This document shows positions 39,502 to 49,010 of a stretch of 64,000 nucleotides of DNA, one piece after another. The notes under the pieces were generated by a model. That model saw nothing but the letters and a program-made list of their open reading frames with translations. It did not search any database and was not told the DNA's origin. Every line of letters starts with the position of its first letter. Within the stretch, counting starts at the first letter, position 1. Made by a program: the position numbers and the translations under genes. This DNA is from Nannocystales bacterium (lineage in GTDB: Bacteria; Myxococcota_A; Polyangia; Nannocystales; Nannocystaceae). The stretch covers positions 32,001 to 96,000 of the forward strand of contig JBOEGF010000047.1 in assembly GCA_050633305.1 (NCBI GenBank), read 5' to 3'.

Positions 39502-40761
39502 TTGTCCCGGAGGTCGACGCTGCGGCCCGAGGTTCGTGCCGCGCTTGCGCTGGAAGAAGCCGGGGAACTCGAAGAAGCCGCGCGGGTCTTCGAGCACGCA
39601 GGCGAGCACGCTCAAGCGGCGCTGTTGCGGATCGAGCACGCCCGCACCCTCCGCGATCCATCCGACCGGCTCGATGTCCTGCGAGAGGGATGCGCCCGGA
39701 ACTCGGGCAACACACCGCAGGGCAAGACGCTGCATCTGGCGCTGGCTGAGGTGTTGCTCGACGAGCGTGACGCCGAGACCGACGCCTCCCGAATCCGCTC
39801 GCTTGAACTCGAAGCTGCGCGCGCCCTCGAGGAAGCCGGAGAGTTCGCGCGCGCCGGCGAGAGCTACGAAGCGCTCGGCTTACTGCGCAAAGCCGCCCGC
39901 GCCTACGAACGCGGCGGCGAGATCGCCAAGCTCGAACTGGTGCTGGCCGTGCTCGAACGCATCGATGACAGCCGAAAGCGCGAACGCGACCTGCTGCGCG
40001 AGTTCGACGACGCCGTCGCTGCTGGCCAACGACGCTTGGCCCAGGAGCTGCTCGCCGAACACGACACCCCGACCCTGCCCGTCCTCGCCTCCGAAGCGCA
40101 TCGGACCGCCGCCGCGGGGCTGCCCCCGGCACTGCTCGAGCGACGCCAGTGGCTGCAGGGCCGGGTGCTCGACCGAGACCGGGTCGACCTCGCGTGGGGG
40201 AAGGACCGCTTGACCTCCGTCCGGATGAGTCGCCATCTCGAGATCGGCCGCTCCCCGAGTGCCGACATCACCCTGCCCGCCCCCCGACTCTCGAGAGAAC
40301 ACGTTCGGCTGTCCTTGGAGACGCTGGAGGGCCGAACCCGGCTTGCTGCGACCGACCTCGGCTCAAAGGTCGGCACTTTCTGGGAGGGCGAAGCGCTCGT
40401 CCCGGGCGAACCCACCCCCTTGGAAGAACCCGGGGCGCTGGCCCTGGGCATGACCTCCGAGCTCGAAGTCGTCCCGGTCGAGGGTAACGCAGGCGCGGTG
40501 CACGGAGCGTTGGTCCGCGCCGCCCCTGACGAAGCGTGGATGCTCTTCCTCCCCAATGGCGGGCCGCTGTGGCTCGCACCGGACATCAAGGTGCCCGCCC
40601 GGGTGTTGTTCGACCGCGGCCTGGTCACCTTCGACCTCGCCACCGGCGTGGGCGCGACCCTGGGCGACCGTCCGTTGGGCGCGGGCGCGAACATCGAGTT
40701 CATCTTGGGCGACCGCTTGTGCTTGGTGGGCGCCCCGCTGTGCCTCGAGGTGCTTGGATGA
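39502..40761 (+). CDS. TPR-like repeat plus FHA domain protein
   Basis: N-terminal repeats (EEAGELEEAARVFEHAGE, EEAGEFARAGESYE). FHA motifs EIGRS, LSREH and DLGSKVGT. Confidence 0.82.
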   Translation: MSRRSTLRPEVRAALALEEAGELEEAARVFEHAGEHAQAALLRIEHARTLRDPSDRLDVLREGCARNSGNTPQGKTLHLALAEVLLDERDAETDASRIRSLELEAARALEEAGEFARAGESYEALGLLRKAARAYERGGEIAKLELVLAVLERIDDSRKRERDLLREFDDAVAAGQRRLAQELLAEHDTPTLPVLASEAHRTAAAGLPPALLERRQWLQGRVLDRDRVDLAWGKDRLTSVRMSRHLEIGRSPSADITLPAPRLSREHVRLSLETLEGRTRLAATDLGSKVGTFWEGEALVPGEPTPLEEPGALALGMTSELEVVPVEGNAGAVHGALVRAAPDEAWMLFLPNGGPLWLAPDIKVPARVLFDRGLVTFDLATGVGATLGDRPLGAGANIEFILGDRLCLVGAPLCLEVLG

Positions 40762-42131
40762 CCGCGTCCTGGGCCCTGGAGATGGGTGGCGCCGAAACCC
40801 CGCCCTCCCCCCTGCACAATGCCGCCTCGGAAGTGATCGCCGCGTTTGCCGACGGCGCGACCACGCCCGCGGAGCATGCCCTGCTTGGGCAGTTCGCCGA
40901 TGCGCTGATGCGAGGTGTTCCCATGAGCGCGCTGCGAGCCGACCTCGCGCAGCTCAACCACGAGGGCTACATCCGCGGTGCGCTGGTGAGCATGGCGGTC
41001 GCGCTGCAGCGGCACGGCAACCCGGACGTCGCCCTCGCGCTGGGCCGCGAGCTCATGGACGCGATCGACATCGAGCTGGGCGTGCGCCTGTGCCGAGCGG
41101 TCCTCGCTCTCGACGATGTCGACCAGCACCGACACCAGCCTGGCAGCACCTTTGTTGCGGCCAACCGCATCGTCGGCGACGCGCTGCTCGAAGCGGGCGA
41201 TGCCTCCACCGCGCTGCGGCATTTTGAAGCGGTGTTGTCCGTCGATGTCGACGATCCGCGGGCGCTGCGGGGATGGTCTGAAGCCACCCGAAGCCTCGAG
41301 CGTCGCGGCGTCGCAGTCGAGCACCGAACGCGCGGGCTATCGCTGCTCGAGGGGCTCGATGAACTCGAACTCGAAGAGGGCCTGGCCGGAGAACGCTACG
41401 AGGTTCAGCGACCGCTGGGACGGGGTCGCCACGCGGTCGTCTATCAGGCATTCGACCGCCACGTCGGGCGCGACGTCGCGATCAAGCGCCTCCTGGACGC
41501 CAGCGCACGGACCTCGGCAGCGCCGCCTCGCGTGGTCGAGGCGCGATTCTTCGCCGAAGCGTCCACCTTGGCCAAAGTCCGCAGCCCGTTCGTGGTTGCC
41601 CTCCTCGACGCGCATCCGTCCAAGCGCTTCATCGCGCTCGAGCTGTGCCGGGGTGGCAACCTGCGTCTCGCGTTGCGCCGGGGGCTTGTCGACGCATCCG
41701 ATCTTCCCCGGATCGGTGGCCAGCTCCGGTCTGCGCTCGAGGCCGTCCGCGCTGCGGGTGCGGTCCACCGAGACGTGAAGCCTGCAAACATCCTCGTCCG
41801 AGCAGCGCGGCGAGGCTCCACGATCGCACTGGGAGACTTCGGGCTCGCGGTGGGGCATGCCAAGGCATCGGGCACGGGCCGTGGCGGCACGCTGCGCTAC
41901 CTCGCACCGGAGCTGCGCACGAAAGACGCGCCCAAAGCGACGGGGCAATCCGACCGTTTCAGCGCCGGCGCGGTGCTCCTGGAGCTGGCGCTGGGAAGCC
42001 TCCCCGAAGCTTTCGACCACGTCGACGACACCTTCGACGCCGCCGCATTCGTCCCCGAGGACCTCCCCGAGGCATGGACCCCCCGCCTTCGCAGCCTTCT
42101 ACAGGCCGACCCGCAGGACCGCTCGTGGTGA
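40758..42131 (+). CDS. Cytoplasmic Ser/Thr protein kinase with N-terminal helical/TPR region
   Basis: LGRGRHAVVY, VAIKR, HRDVKPANIL, DFGLA, GTLRYLAPE and DPQDR. ATGA overlap with the FHA gene. Confidence 0.9.
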   Translation: MTASWALEMGGAETPPSPLHNAASEVIAAFADGATTPAEHALLGQFADALMRGVPMSALRADLAQLNHEGYIRGALVSMAVALQRHGNPDVALALGRELMDAIDIELGVRLCRAVLALDDVDQHRHQPGSTFVAANRIVGDALLEAGDASTALRHFEAVLSVDVDDPRALRGWSEATRSLERRGVAVEHRTRGLSLLEGLDELELEEGLAGERYEVQRPLGRGRHAVVYQAFDRHVGRDVAIKRLLDASARTSAAPPRVVEARFFAEASTLAKVRSPFVVALLDAHPSKRFIALELCRGGNLRLALRRGLVDASDLPRIGGQLRSALEAVRAAGAVHRDVKPANILVRAARRGSTIALGDFGLAVGHAKASGTGRGGTLRYLAPELRTKDAPKATGQSDRFSAGAVLLELALGSLPEAFDHVDDTFDAAAFVPEDLPEAWTPRLRSLLQADPQDRSW

Positions 42132-42778
42132 AATCCGTCGTCACCCCACTCTCGTTGCTGCTGCTCATCGTCACCGCGGTGGGCTGCGAGGAGCAGCCGC
42201 GGCTGTACAGCACCCGCGCCGCGACGGGCGAGGTCATCTTGCGTGAAGACTTCGACCGAGATGAGCTTGGCGAACGCTGGCACGCCACGGGCGAAGGTGC
42301 CCGGATCGAAAACGGCCTGCTCGTCGTCGATGGTGTTCGCAACCACCCGTTGTGGCTCGAACTCGACCTACCCGACGACGTTCGGATCGAGTTCGACGCC
42401 TGGGCCACCACCGACGAAGGAGACGTCAAGGTTGAGCTCTTCGGCGACGGGACGAGTTTCGCGACGACCCCCAACTACATCGCCAGCGGGTACGTCGTGA
42501 TTTTCGGTGGTTGGAACAACACTCTGTCTGCGCTCGTCCGCAAGAACGAGCACGGTCGGCAGCGGGTCACGACCAACGAGCTGAAGGTCCAGCCCGACAA
42601 ACGCTACCACTTTGTGCTGACCCGCACGGGCCGCGAGCTTCATTGGGAGGTCAACGGAGCCGAACTTCTGGTGTACGAAGACGCCCAACCTCTGCGTGGC
42701 GTAGGTCAAAACCGCTTCGCGTTCAGCGGGTGGGACGCCCAGGCCCATTTCGACAACCTCGTGATCGAAGCGCTGTGA
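42128..42778 (+). CDS. Lipoprotein with concanavalin-A-like beta-sandwich
   Basis: GTG overlaps the upstream stop. Lipobox AVGC, then EDFDR...W, RIEFDAW, RYHFVL, VNG and HFDNLVIE. Confidence 0.75.
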   Translation: MKSVVTPLSLLLLIVTAVGCEEQPRLYSTRAATGEVILREDFDRDELGERWHATGEGARIENGLLVVDGVRNHPLWLELDLPDDVRIEFDAWATTDEGDVKVELFGDGTSFATTPNYIASGYVVIFGGWNNTLSALVRKNEHGRQRVTTNELKVQPDKRYHFVLTRTGRELHWEVNGAELLVYEDAQPLRGVGQNRFAFSGWDAQAHFDNLVIEAL

Positions 42779-45700
42779 CCGATTCCCCCGACCTGCCGAG
42801 AGTGTTCGGCCGCTACATCCTCACCGCGCTGGTCGGCGAGGGGGGCATGGCAGAGGTCTACACCGCCACCGTGCAGGTCGCGGCGGGGCTCACCAAGCGC
42901 GTCGTCATCAAGAAGATCCGGCAAGTCTACGCCGACCACGAAGAGTTCACGCGAATGTTCGTCGACGAGGCGAAGATCGCCTTGTCTCTCAACCACGCGA
43001 ACATCGTCCAAGTCTTCGACTTTGGGCAGGTTCAAGGCGCCTTCTACCTCGCGATGGAGCCCGTCGAAGGCATCGACGCGATGCGGCTGTTTCATGCGGT
43101 CCGGGACGCCCAAGAGCGTTTTCCACGGGTTGTCGCCGCGTACATCGGGCATCAGGTCGCAGCCGCCCTCGCCTACGCGCATCGCAAGACCGACGACCAC
43201 GGCCAGCCCCTCGAGTTGGTCCACCGCGACATCAGCCCGCACAACGTGATGGTGTCGTTCGAGGGCCAGGTCAAGATCGTGGATTTCGGCATCGCGCGAA
43301 CCGCAAACGGATCACGCGATGCCCCGGTCCCCGGCATCGGGGAACGGACAGAGGAAACGATCAAGGGCAAGGTCGCGTACATGTCCCCCGAGCAGGCCCA
43401 CGGCCTGGCGGTGGACCAACGCTCCGACGTCTACTCCCTCGGCGTCCTGCTGTACGAACTCGTCTCCGGCGAGCTCGTGTTTCGCAGCCGCGACCGGCTC
43501 GCCGCGCTCGAACGCGTTCGCAACGAGCCTCTTCCGGCGTTGCGAGACCAGGCCGACGACGTTCCACAAGCCCTGCTGAACATCATCGACCGGGCGCTCG
43601 AACGCGACCCGCAGGATCGCTACCCCACCGCGCGCGCGATGCAGTCCGAGCTCGCGAAGTTCCTGCACGCCGCAGACCCGGTGGTCGACGACGACACCCT
43701 CTCGCAGTTCGTCCTGCGCTACTTCACTCCCACCCCACCTCCGGTCATCGACGAGAGCGCCCTTCCACGCGACGCGACACGGGGCGGACAGACCTCCTAC
43801 CCGTCAGTCCGAGGGACCGCCGCGCGCGTCATCGTCGTGCACATGGCGTTGGACGCCCATCCGCTCATGCCCACCGCGGGGCCCGTCGAAGCAGAGCCCT
43901 TCTTGCGGCTGGTCGATGACGTCGCGTTCAAGCGCGACGCGGTGCTGCTGCGAAGGGATGAATCGGGCATCACGATGGCCTTTGGGGCGGTCCTACAATC
44001 CCCCGACGACGCCGACCGAGGGTTGCGCTGTGCCCTCTCGCTGCAGGATGACGTCGCCCACATGGCCCCCGGGCTCCGGGTAGGCGTGGTCGTTGCCCGC
44101 ATTCGCGCGAGCGTCACCCGGGAGAGCAAGACCGTGCAGGTCAAGGTGCGTCCACAGACGGCCGACCTTCTCCACAAGGTCGCCGCGGTGGGCATGGAAG
44201 GCCCTGTTCGGGTCGCCGGTCCGCTGATCGAGGCGCTCTCGAAGGGCTGGCGATTTGGTCCCGAAGCGTTCGTCGACCCAGACGGAGCAGGAGAAACCCA
44301 CTCGGCGGTGGATCGAGAGCTGGGCAACGTCGCCCCGGTCCTGGGCCCACTCGCACCGCAGGCTCGTACCCGCGCCGCAGCCCCGGGGGGTCGAGCGCTC
44401 CTGTTCGGACGAGAGCTGGAACTCAAGGCCCTGCGCGACACCTTCTCCGAATCGATCCGGGCCCGAGAATCGCGCGCTGTGGTGGTGCTCGGTGAGGTGG
44501 GTGTGGGCAAGCGAGCCGTCGTCGAGCGATTCGTAGAATCTCTGCCCCGGACCGCCTGCTGGATCCTACGAGCATCGGGGACGTACGGCCGGCGCAACGT
44601 CCCGCTGGGCGTGGTCCTCGATCTGCTCTCTCGCTTCCTGGGTACCGACCATCGCTGCGATGAGAGCGATGTGGTGAGCAAACTGCAAAGCCACGGCGTC
44701 AGCGAGGCGCCGGTCTTGGGCGCGGCGCTCGCCTCCGCGTTGGGCCTCAAGGGAAGTGCGGCCGATGGCGGGGACGATGATCTCGATCCGTTCACGCGCC
44801 GCGACCGACTTTGGAAACTCGTCCGTCGCTTGACCACCGCGCTGGCACAACGCCGGCCGGTGCTGATCGTGATCGAAAACCTGCACCTGCACGACGAACA
44901 GAGCATCGCGCTGCTCCGCGAGTGGGTTCAGATCCGGCATCCGTACCCGATCTTGGGGGTTACGACCGGCCGACCCGGGACCCCGCGTGTCGATGCGATC
45001 CTTGGAGAGCCCAACATCGCGCGCATCGAGTTGGGTGAGCTGGACCTGCAAGCGCGACATGAACTCGTGTCCTCACGGTTCGAAGACTCGCCTTCCGCAC
45101 GAACCTTCGCCGAAGCCCTGCTGGCCCAGACCGGCGGCAATCCGTTGTTCATCGAGGAGAGCCTGGCTTCACTCCTCGAAGCCGGCGTCATCGGATGGAA
45201 CGCCCAGGCCAGCGCGCTGGTGGTCAAGCAGCACGGGGCTCCCATCCGCATGCCGCCCAGCGTCGAAGCTGCCTTGGTCGAACGCATCGACCGCCTGCCC
45301 GAGGAGGACCGCCAAGCCCTCCTCGGCGCCGCAGTGCTCGGTCGACGGTTTCGCAGCCACGAACTCTCCGACCTCATCGAGCGCAGCGTCGGCCGAAGTG
45401 TCGACCACCTCATCGAGCGCAACCTTCTCGAGCGACTCACACCGACCTCGCCCCTGGGAGAGAACGCTCGGTTCGCCACCTTGAGCCTGCACGAGGCCTG
45501 CAAGGGCATGCTCGAGACCTCCGCTGCCCACGCCCTTCATGTTCGGGCCGCCCACCTGATCCGCGAGCGGCCCGACTACGCTGCAGAGCGTGACGACGGC
45601 CCGATCGCCGACCACCTGGTCCAGGCCGGCCGCGCATCCGAAGCCATCGCCCCAGCCTTGGCCGCTGCGCTTCGAGCCTACGACCTGGCGGGCAACGTCG

Positions 45701-47070
45701 AGGCCTACTACCACCTCTCGCAAGCGCTGCGCGCGATGGCGGACGATGACCCGCGGCGCTGGGATGCGCTGCTGAGGCGCGAGCGAATCCTTCGCGCATG
45801 GGGACGACGACGGGCCCAGGGTGCCGATGTTCGCGCCCTGCTACATACCGCCGACTCGCTGGGCGACCCGGTCCGCCAAACGATTGCGTCGATCCGGTTG
45901 CTGCGCTTCTATCTTGAGGTTGGCCGCGTGCATCAGGCTCAGCGCCTGATCCCCCGGATCGAGGCGAGGATCGAGACCCTGCCCGCCCCAGATCCCTTCT
46001 GGGCGGTCCTTGGCGAGCTTCGCTCCGAGCTCTTCTTTTCGACCGGGGAGTTCGAGGCCTCCGAGAACACCGCTCGCTCGAGCCTGCCGTACTGCGCGAG
46101 CGATGCGAGAGGCCAGCGGCAACGTTGCAGGCTGCTGCGCAGCATCGGACAGGTCAAGGCCACCATCGGGCGGTTCGCGCAAGCGCGGCAGTGCTACACC
46201 GAAGCGCTCGGCATCGCCCGCGAGATCGGCAACCAGCGCCTCGAAGCAAACCTCCTCAACGCTCTTGGCGAGGTTGCCGGTCGGAGCACCCACTACCAGG
46301 AAGCGGTGGACCACTTCAAGGCGGCCCTCGCCATCGACCGCGATCTGGGAGACCGCTACGCGACCGGCCGAAAGCTCGCCAACCTCGGCATGACCTATGC
46401 CTGCATTGGCTTGGCCCGCCGTGCCGAACGGTTCTTCCGCAAGGCGCTCGAACTCCACGAAGCGGTCGGCCACCCCGGCGAGTTCAACGACGCCGCCGTT
46501 CACCTGGGCGAGGTCGTCGCCGACGGCGGGGACCCAGAGACCGCTCGCACGCTCTTGCTGGATGCCGCACGCGTGGCGGCCACCCGGGGAGACATTCGCA
46601 CCGAACTTCGTGCCCGGGTCCGCCTCGCCCAAGCGCTGCGCGCCGGCACCCCGTCGGCCGAAGACCTCAAGGCCTCCCGCGTAACGGCCGAGCAGGTCCT
46701 CACCACGGCGCGGGCACAAGGGCTGCGAACCTCGACCTGCCGCGCACTCCACGTGTTGGCGCAGCTGGACCTCGCCGCGGGCAACCTCGACGCGGCCCAG
46801 GCGGGCCTCGAAGAAGCCGTCGAACTCGTTCGCGCAGGCGCCGCCCCCGTCGACGGAGTCCGTTCGATCCACCTGCTTGGGGTTCGGCTTCGCGACTGTG
46901 GGCACCACGACGATGCGCGAGCACTTCTGCACGAAGCCGCGCTGATGGTGAAGGGCCGGCTCGATGAGCTCCGCGACAGCGATCTACGCTCCGGCTACCT
47001 CGAACAGCCCGAGGTCCGCCAGATCATGACCGACGGCGGTCTCGACGCGCCTCACGACGACCTCGGATAG
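42775..47070 (+). CDS. Multidomain Ser/Thr kinase - degenerate cyclase-like domain - STAND-type AAA ATPase - TPR protein
   Basis: Kinase motifs GEGGMAEVY, HRDISPHN, DFGIA and GKVAYMSPE. Cyclase-like AFGAVLQSPDDADRGLRCAL..LRVGV. NTPase LFGRELEL, GEVGVGKR, IENLH and TGGNPLFIEE. C-terminal TPRs. Confidence 0.9.
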   Translation: MTDSPDLPRVFGRYILTALVGEGGMAEVYTATVQVAAGLTKRVVIKKIRQVYADHEEFTRMFVDEAKIALSLNHANIVQVFDFGQVQGAFYLAMEPVEGIDAMRLFHAVRDAQERFPRVVAAYIGHQVAAALAYAHRKTDDHGQPLELVHRDISPHNVMVSFEGQVKIVDFGIARTANGSRDAPVPGIGERTEETIKGKVAYMSPEQAHGLAVDQRSDVYSLGVLLYELVSGELVFRSRDRLAALERVRNEPLPALRDQADDVPQALLNIIDRALERDPQDRYPTARAMQSELAKFLHAADPVVDDDTLSQFVLRYFTPTPPPVIDESALPRDATRGGQTSYPSVRGTAARVIVVHMALDAHPLMPTAGPVEAEPFLRLVDDVAFKRDAVLLRRDESGITMAFGAVLQSPDDADRGLRCALSLQDDVAHMAPGLRVGVVVARIRASVTRESKTVQVKVRPQTADLLHKVAAVGMEGPVRVAGPLIEALSKGWRFGPEAFVDPDGAGETHSAVDRELGNVAPVLGPLAPQARTRAAAPGGRALLFGRELELKALRDTFSESIRARESRAVVVLGEVGVGKRAVVERFVESLPRTACWILRASGTYGRRNVPLGVVLDLLSRFLGTDHRCDESDVVSKLQSHGVSEAPVLGAALASALGLKGSAADGGDDDLDPFTRRDRLWKLVRRLTTALAQRRPVLIVIENLHLHDEQSIALLREWVQIRHPYPILGVTTGRPGTPRVDAILGEPNIARIELGELDLQARHELVSSRFEDSPSARTFAEALLAQTGGNPLFIEESLASLLEAGVIGWNAQASALVVKQHGAPIRMPPSVEAALVERIDRLPEEDRQALLGAAVLGRRFRSHELSDLIERSVGRSVDHLIERNLLERLTPTSPLGENARFATLSLHEACKGMLETSAAHALHVRAAHLIRERPDYAAERDDGPIADHLVQAGRASEAIAPALAAALRAYDLAGNVEAYYHLSQALRAMADDDPRRWDALLRRERILRAWGRRRAQGADVRALLHTADSLGDPVRQTIASIRLLRFYLEVGRVHQAQRLIPRIEARIETLPAPDPFWAVLGELRSELFFSTGEFEASENTARSSLPYCASDARGQRQRCRLLRSIGQVKATIGRFAQARQCYTEALGIAREIGNQRLEANLLNALGEVAGRSTHYQEAVDHFKAALAIDRDLGDRYATGRKLANLGMTYACIGLARRAERFFRKALELHEAVGHPGEFNDAAVHLGEVVADGGDPETARTLLLDAARVAATRGDIRTELRARVRLAQALRAGTPSAEDLKASRVTAEQVLTTARAQGLRTSTCRALHVLAQLDLAAGNLDAAQAGLEEAVELVRAGAAPVDGVRSIHLLGVRLRDCGHHDDARALLHEAALMVKGRLDELRDSDLRSGYLEQPEVRQIMTDGGLDAPHDDLG

Positions 47071-47086
47071 CGGCTATTCTCCGGCG

Positions 47087-47689
47087 GTGAGCCCCGCGCG
47101 ATCGGTTGCCCTGGCTGCGTGTCTTCTGGCTGGGTGTGCCAGCCGCTCGGGCATGCTCGTCGCGCCCTCGGGCGAGATGCGGCAGACCGGCCGCGACATG
47201 GAAAGCGGCGTGACGATGGTGATCACCTCCGGCGTCTGGACCGGTGCGCCCGAGGGACTCGAGGAAGAGCTCGAGGTCCTCCACGTGCTGGTCGCCAATG
47301 ACGGAGACCAGCCGATCTTGCTCGCACCCGGGGACTTTGAGTTCCACGACCGACGAGGGTTCCGCTACGCCGTCTTGGATACCGGGGCGAGCTTCCGCCC
47401 GGCAACAACCACCGAGAAGAGCACTGGACGCTACGACTTTGACCTCGAGCGGGGATACGACCCGGGCGGACCCGCACCGGTCGAGCGCATCGAACCCTTG
47501 GGGGACATTGCCAGGCTGGCGCTGCCCTGGGGTGTCCTGCTCCCCGGATCTCAGATGCGCGGCTTTCTCTACCTCGAACCCGTCGCCGAGTCGGCCAACG
47601 GCGGAACGCTGACATGGCGCATGACCACAGCGGCGCACCAACGCATCGCCGACGTCGTCTTCGAGATGTCCGTGGCTCGCGCCCGCTAG
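47087..47689 (+). CDS. Lipoprotein, DUF4352-like Ig fold suspected
   Basis: Lipobox LAGC, then LHVLVANDGDQPI...DFEFHD...LLPGSQMRGFLYL. Confidence 0.75.
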   Translation: MSPARSVALAACLLAGCASRSGMLVAPSGEMRQTGRDMESGVTMVITSGVWTGAPEGLEEELEVLHVLVANDGDQPILLAPGDFEFHDRRGFRYAVLDTGASFRPATTTEKSTGRYDFDLERGYDPGGPAPVERIEPLGDIARLALPWGVLLPGSQMRGFLYLEPVAESANGGTLTWRMTTAAHQRIADVVFEMSVARAR

Positions 47690-47720
47690 CGGTGCTCGCG
47701 AGATCCGAACACGCTCTACG

Positions 47721-47754
47721 CAAAGAGCGGCGGCACCCCGAAGGATGCCGCCGC
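47721..47754 (-). terminator. Intrinsic terminator with C(UUCG)G tetraloop
   Basis: Minus strand GCGGCGGCATCC-TTCG-GGGTGCCGCCGC-TCTTTG, located between convergent genes. Confidence 0.75.
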
Positions 47755-47818
47755 GACTCGCAAAACTAAGACTGGGAACTGAGATTGGGACTCACCCGTG
47801 GGGGCGTCGGTCAGTGGC

Positions 47819-48778
47819 TCACTCCGGGATGGCGCAGAAGCCAACGTCCTCGTAGCTGGGGATCACCATGCCCTCGGGGAAGGCGGAGATGCACTCTTGC
47901 CCACCTGCCAGGCCTTCGCAGTCCGCGGAGGCTTCCGGCTCGGAGATGTCGCAGTAGCTGGTGCAGCAACGTGCGCTGTCACAGCCAGGGACCGCTCCTG
48001 CGCCGACACACAGCAGACTCGAATCACATGCGTTGGTGAACTCGCAGGCATCACCGTAGGCGCCCTGGTCCGGACCCGACGCATCGGGAGCGCAAACGAA
48101 ACCGTTCTCGCTCGGGTAACACGCCTCGCCATCCTGACAGTTCTGCGAGAGCGGGTCGCAGGCGGGCAAGCACAACGGCAGGAACCCCTGGTTGGCGACG
48201 ATGCAGGTGGTCGAGATGTCGTCACACAGCGGGGCCCCCTCGGTGCCGGTGCACAGCGGGACGCAGGTCCCGTTGTTCTGCTCGTCCGTGTTCCAACACA
48301 TCGACCCGGTGTCGCAACTGTCGATGCCGGTCACTCCGCTGCCTTCGACCGTGCAAGGGTCACCGGGCTGGCCGGGTGCTGAATCGAGCGGAGTGCAACG
48401 CGAGGAGTTCCACGAGTTGCCGCCGTCGTTCGCCCACGGCATGCACTTCTCACCTTCAGCGCAGTCCTGATCCCACAGCGAGCACTCGCCACCGCCCAGG
48501 GTGTCGTCGGTGTCGGTCGGGCAGTCCAGGAAGGTGCACTCCGGCTCCGTCTCCCCCTCGTCCGCGCCAGTGCTGCCGTCTTCCCCGCCCGTGCTCCCAC
48601 TGTCCGAGTCGTCGTCGTCCGGGGTTCCAGGGTCTTCCGTCACAGCGCCTTCATCGTCCTCAGGGGTCGTCCCGGACGTCGCGCCATCAGCACCAGGGTC
48701 CTCGCCTTCCTTCGGGTCACACGCGGTCGCGCAGAGTACGAGGGCGGTCAAGCTACCGAAAATCCAGTTCTTCTTCAT
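47819..48778 (-). CDS. Cys-rich lipoprotein (paralog A)
   Basis: Lipobox ATAC, acidic linker, then ECSLWDQDCAEGEKCMPWANDGG...QPGDPCTVEGSGVTGIDSCD. Confidence 0.85.
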   Translation of the reverse strand: MKKNWIFGSLTALVLCATACDPKEGEDPGADGATSGTTPEDDEGAVTEDPGTPDDDDSDSGSTGGEDGSTGADEGETEPECTFLDCPTDTDDTLGGGECSLWDQDCAEGEKCMPWANDGGNSWNSSRCTPLDSAPGQPGDPCTVEGSGVTGIDSCDTGSMCWNTDEQNNGTCVPLCTGTEGAPLCDDISTTCIVANQGFLPLCLPACDPLSQNCQDGEACYPSENGFVCAPDASGPDQGAYGDACEFTNACDSSLLCVGAGAVPGCDSARCCTSYCDISEPEASADCEGLAGGQECISAFPEGMVIPSYEDVGFCAIPE

Positions 48779-48845
48779 CGGGTGGGTCTCCTGTGGGTCG
48801 TGGCGGCTCCTCCGCCTTGCCAACACCCTATTCATAGCAAGACAG

Positions 48846-48902
48846 ATAAAACTAACAACTTAAAAAGACCATAAAACTAACACTCCTTCCAAAAAACTAA
48901 CA
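48846..48902. promoter_or_regulatory. Three direct repeats AAAACTAACA in an AT-rich upstream region
   Basis: Copies at 48848, 48873 and 48893. The first two extend to ATAAAACTAACA. Confidence 0.6.
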
Positions 48903-48953
48903 TCCTGAGAGATCGGCGGCGCTGTTGGCGCACTTCGCCTCATGCGCTTAACG

Positions 48954-48995
48954 AAAAAAAGGAAGGGAAGCCACCAGGCTCCCCTTCCCTTTTCG
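48954..48995 (-). terminator. Rho-independent terminator after paralog B
   Basis: Minus strand GGAAGGGGAGCC-TGGT-GGCTTCCCTTCC followed by TTTTTTT. Confidence 0.85.
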
Positions 48996-49010
48996 AATCA
49001 GACGGTCAGA

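Noticed and set aside
48846..48902. Mini-CRISPR or iteron origin
   Set aside because: Repeats are only 10-12 bp with 10-15 bp gaps, and there is no cas or rep gene.
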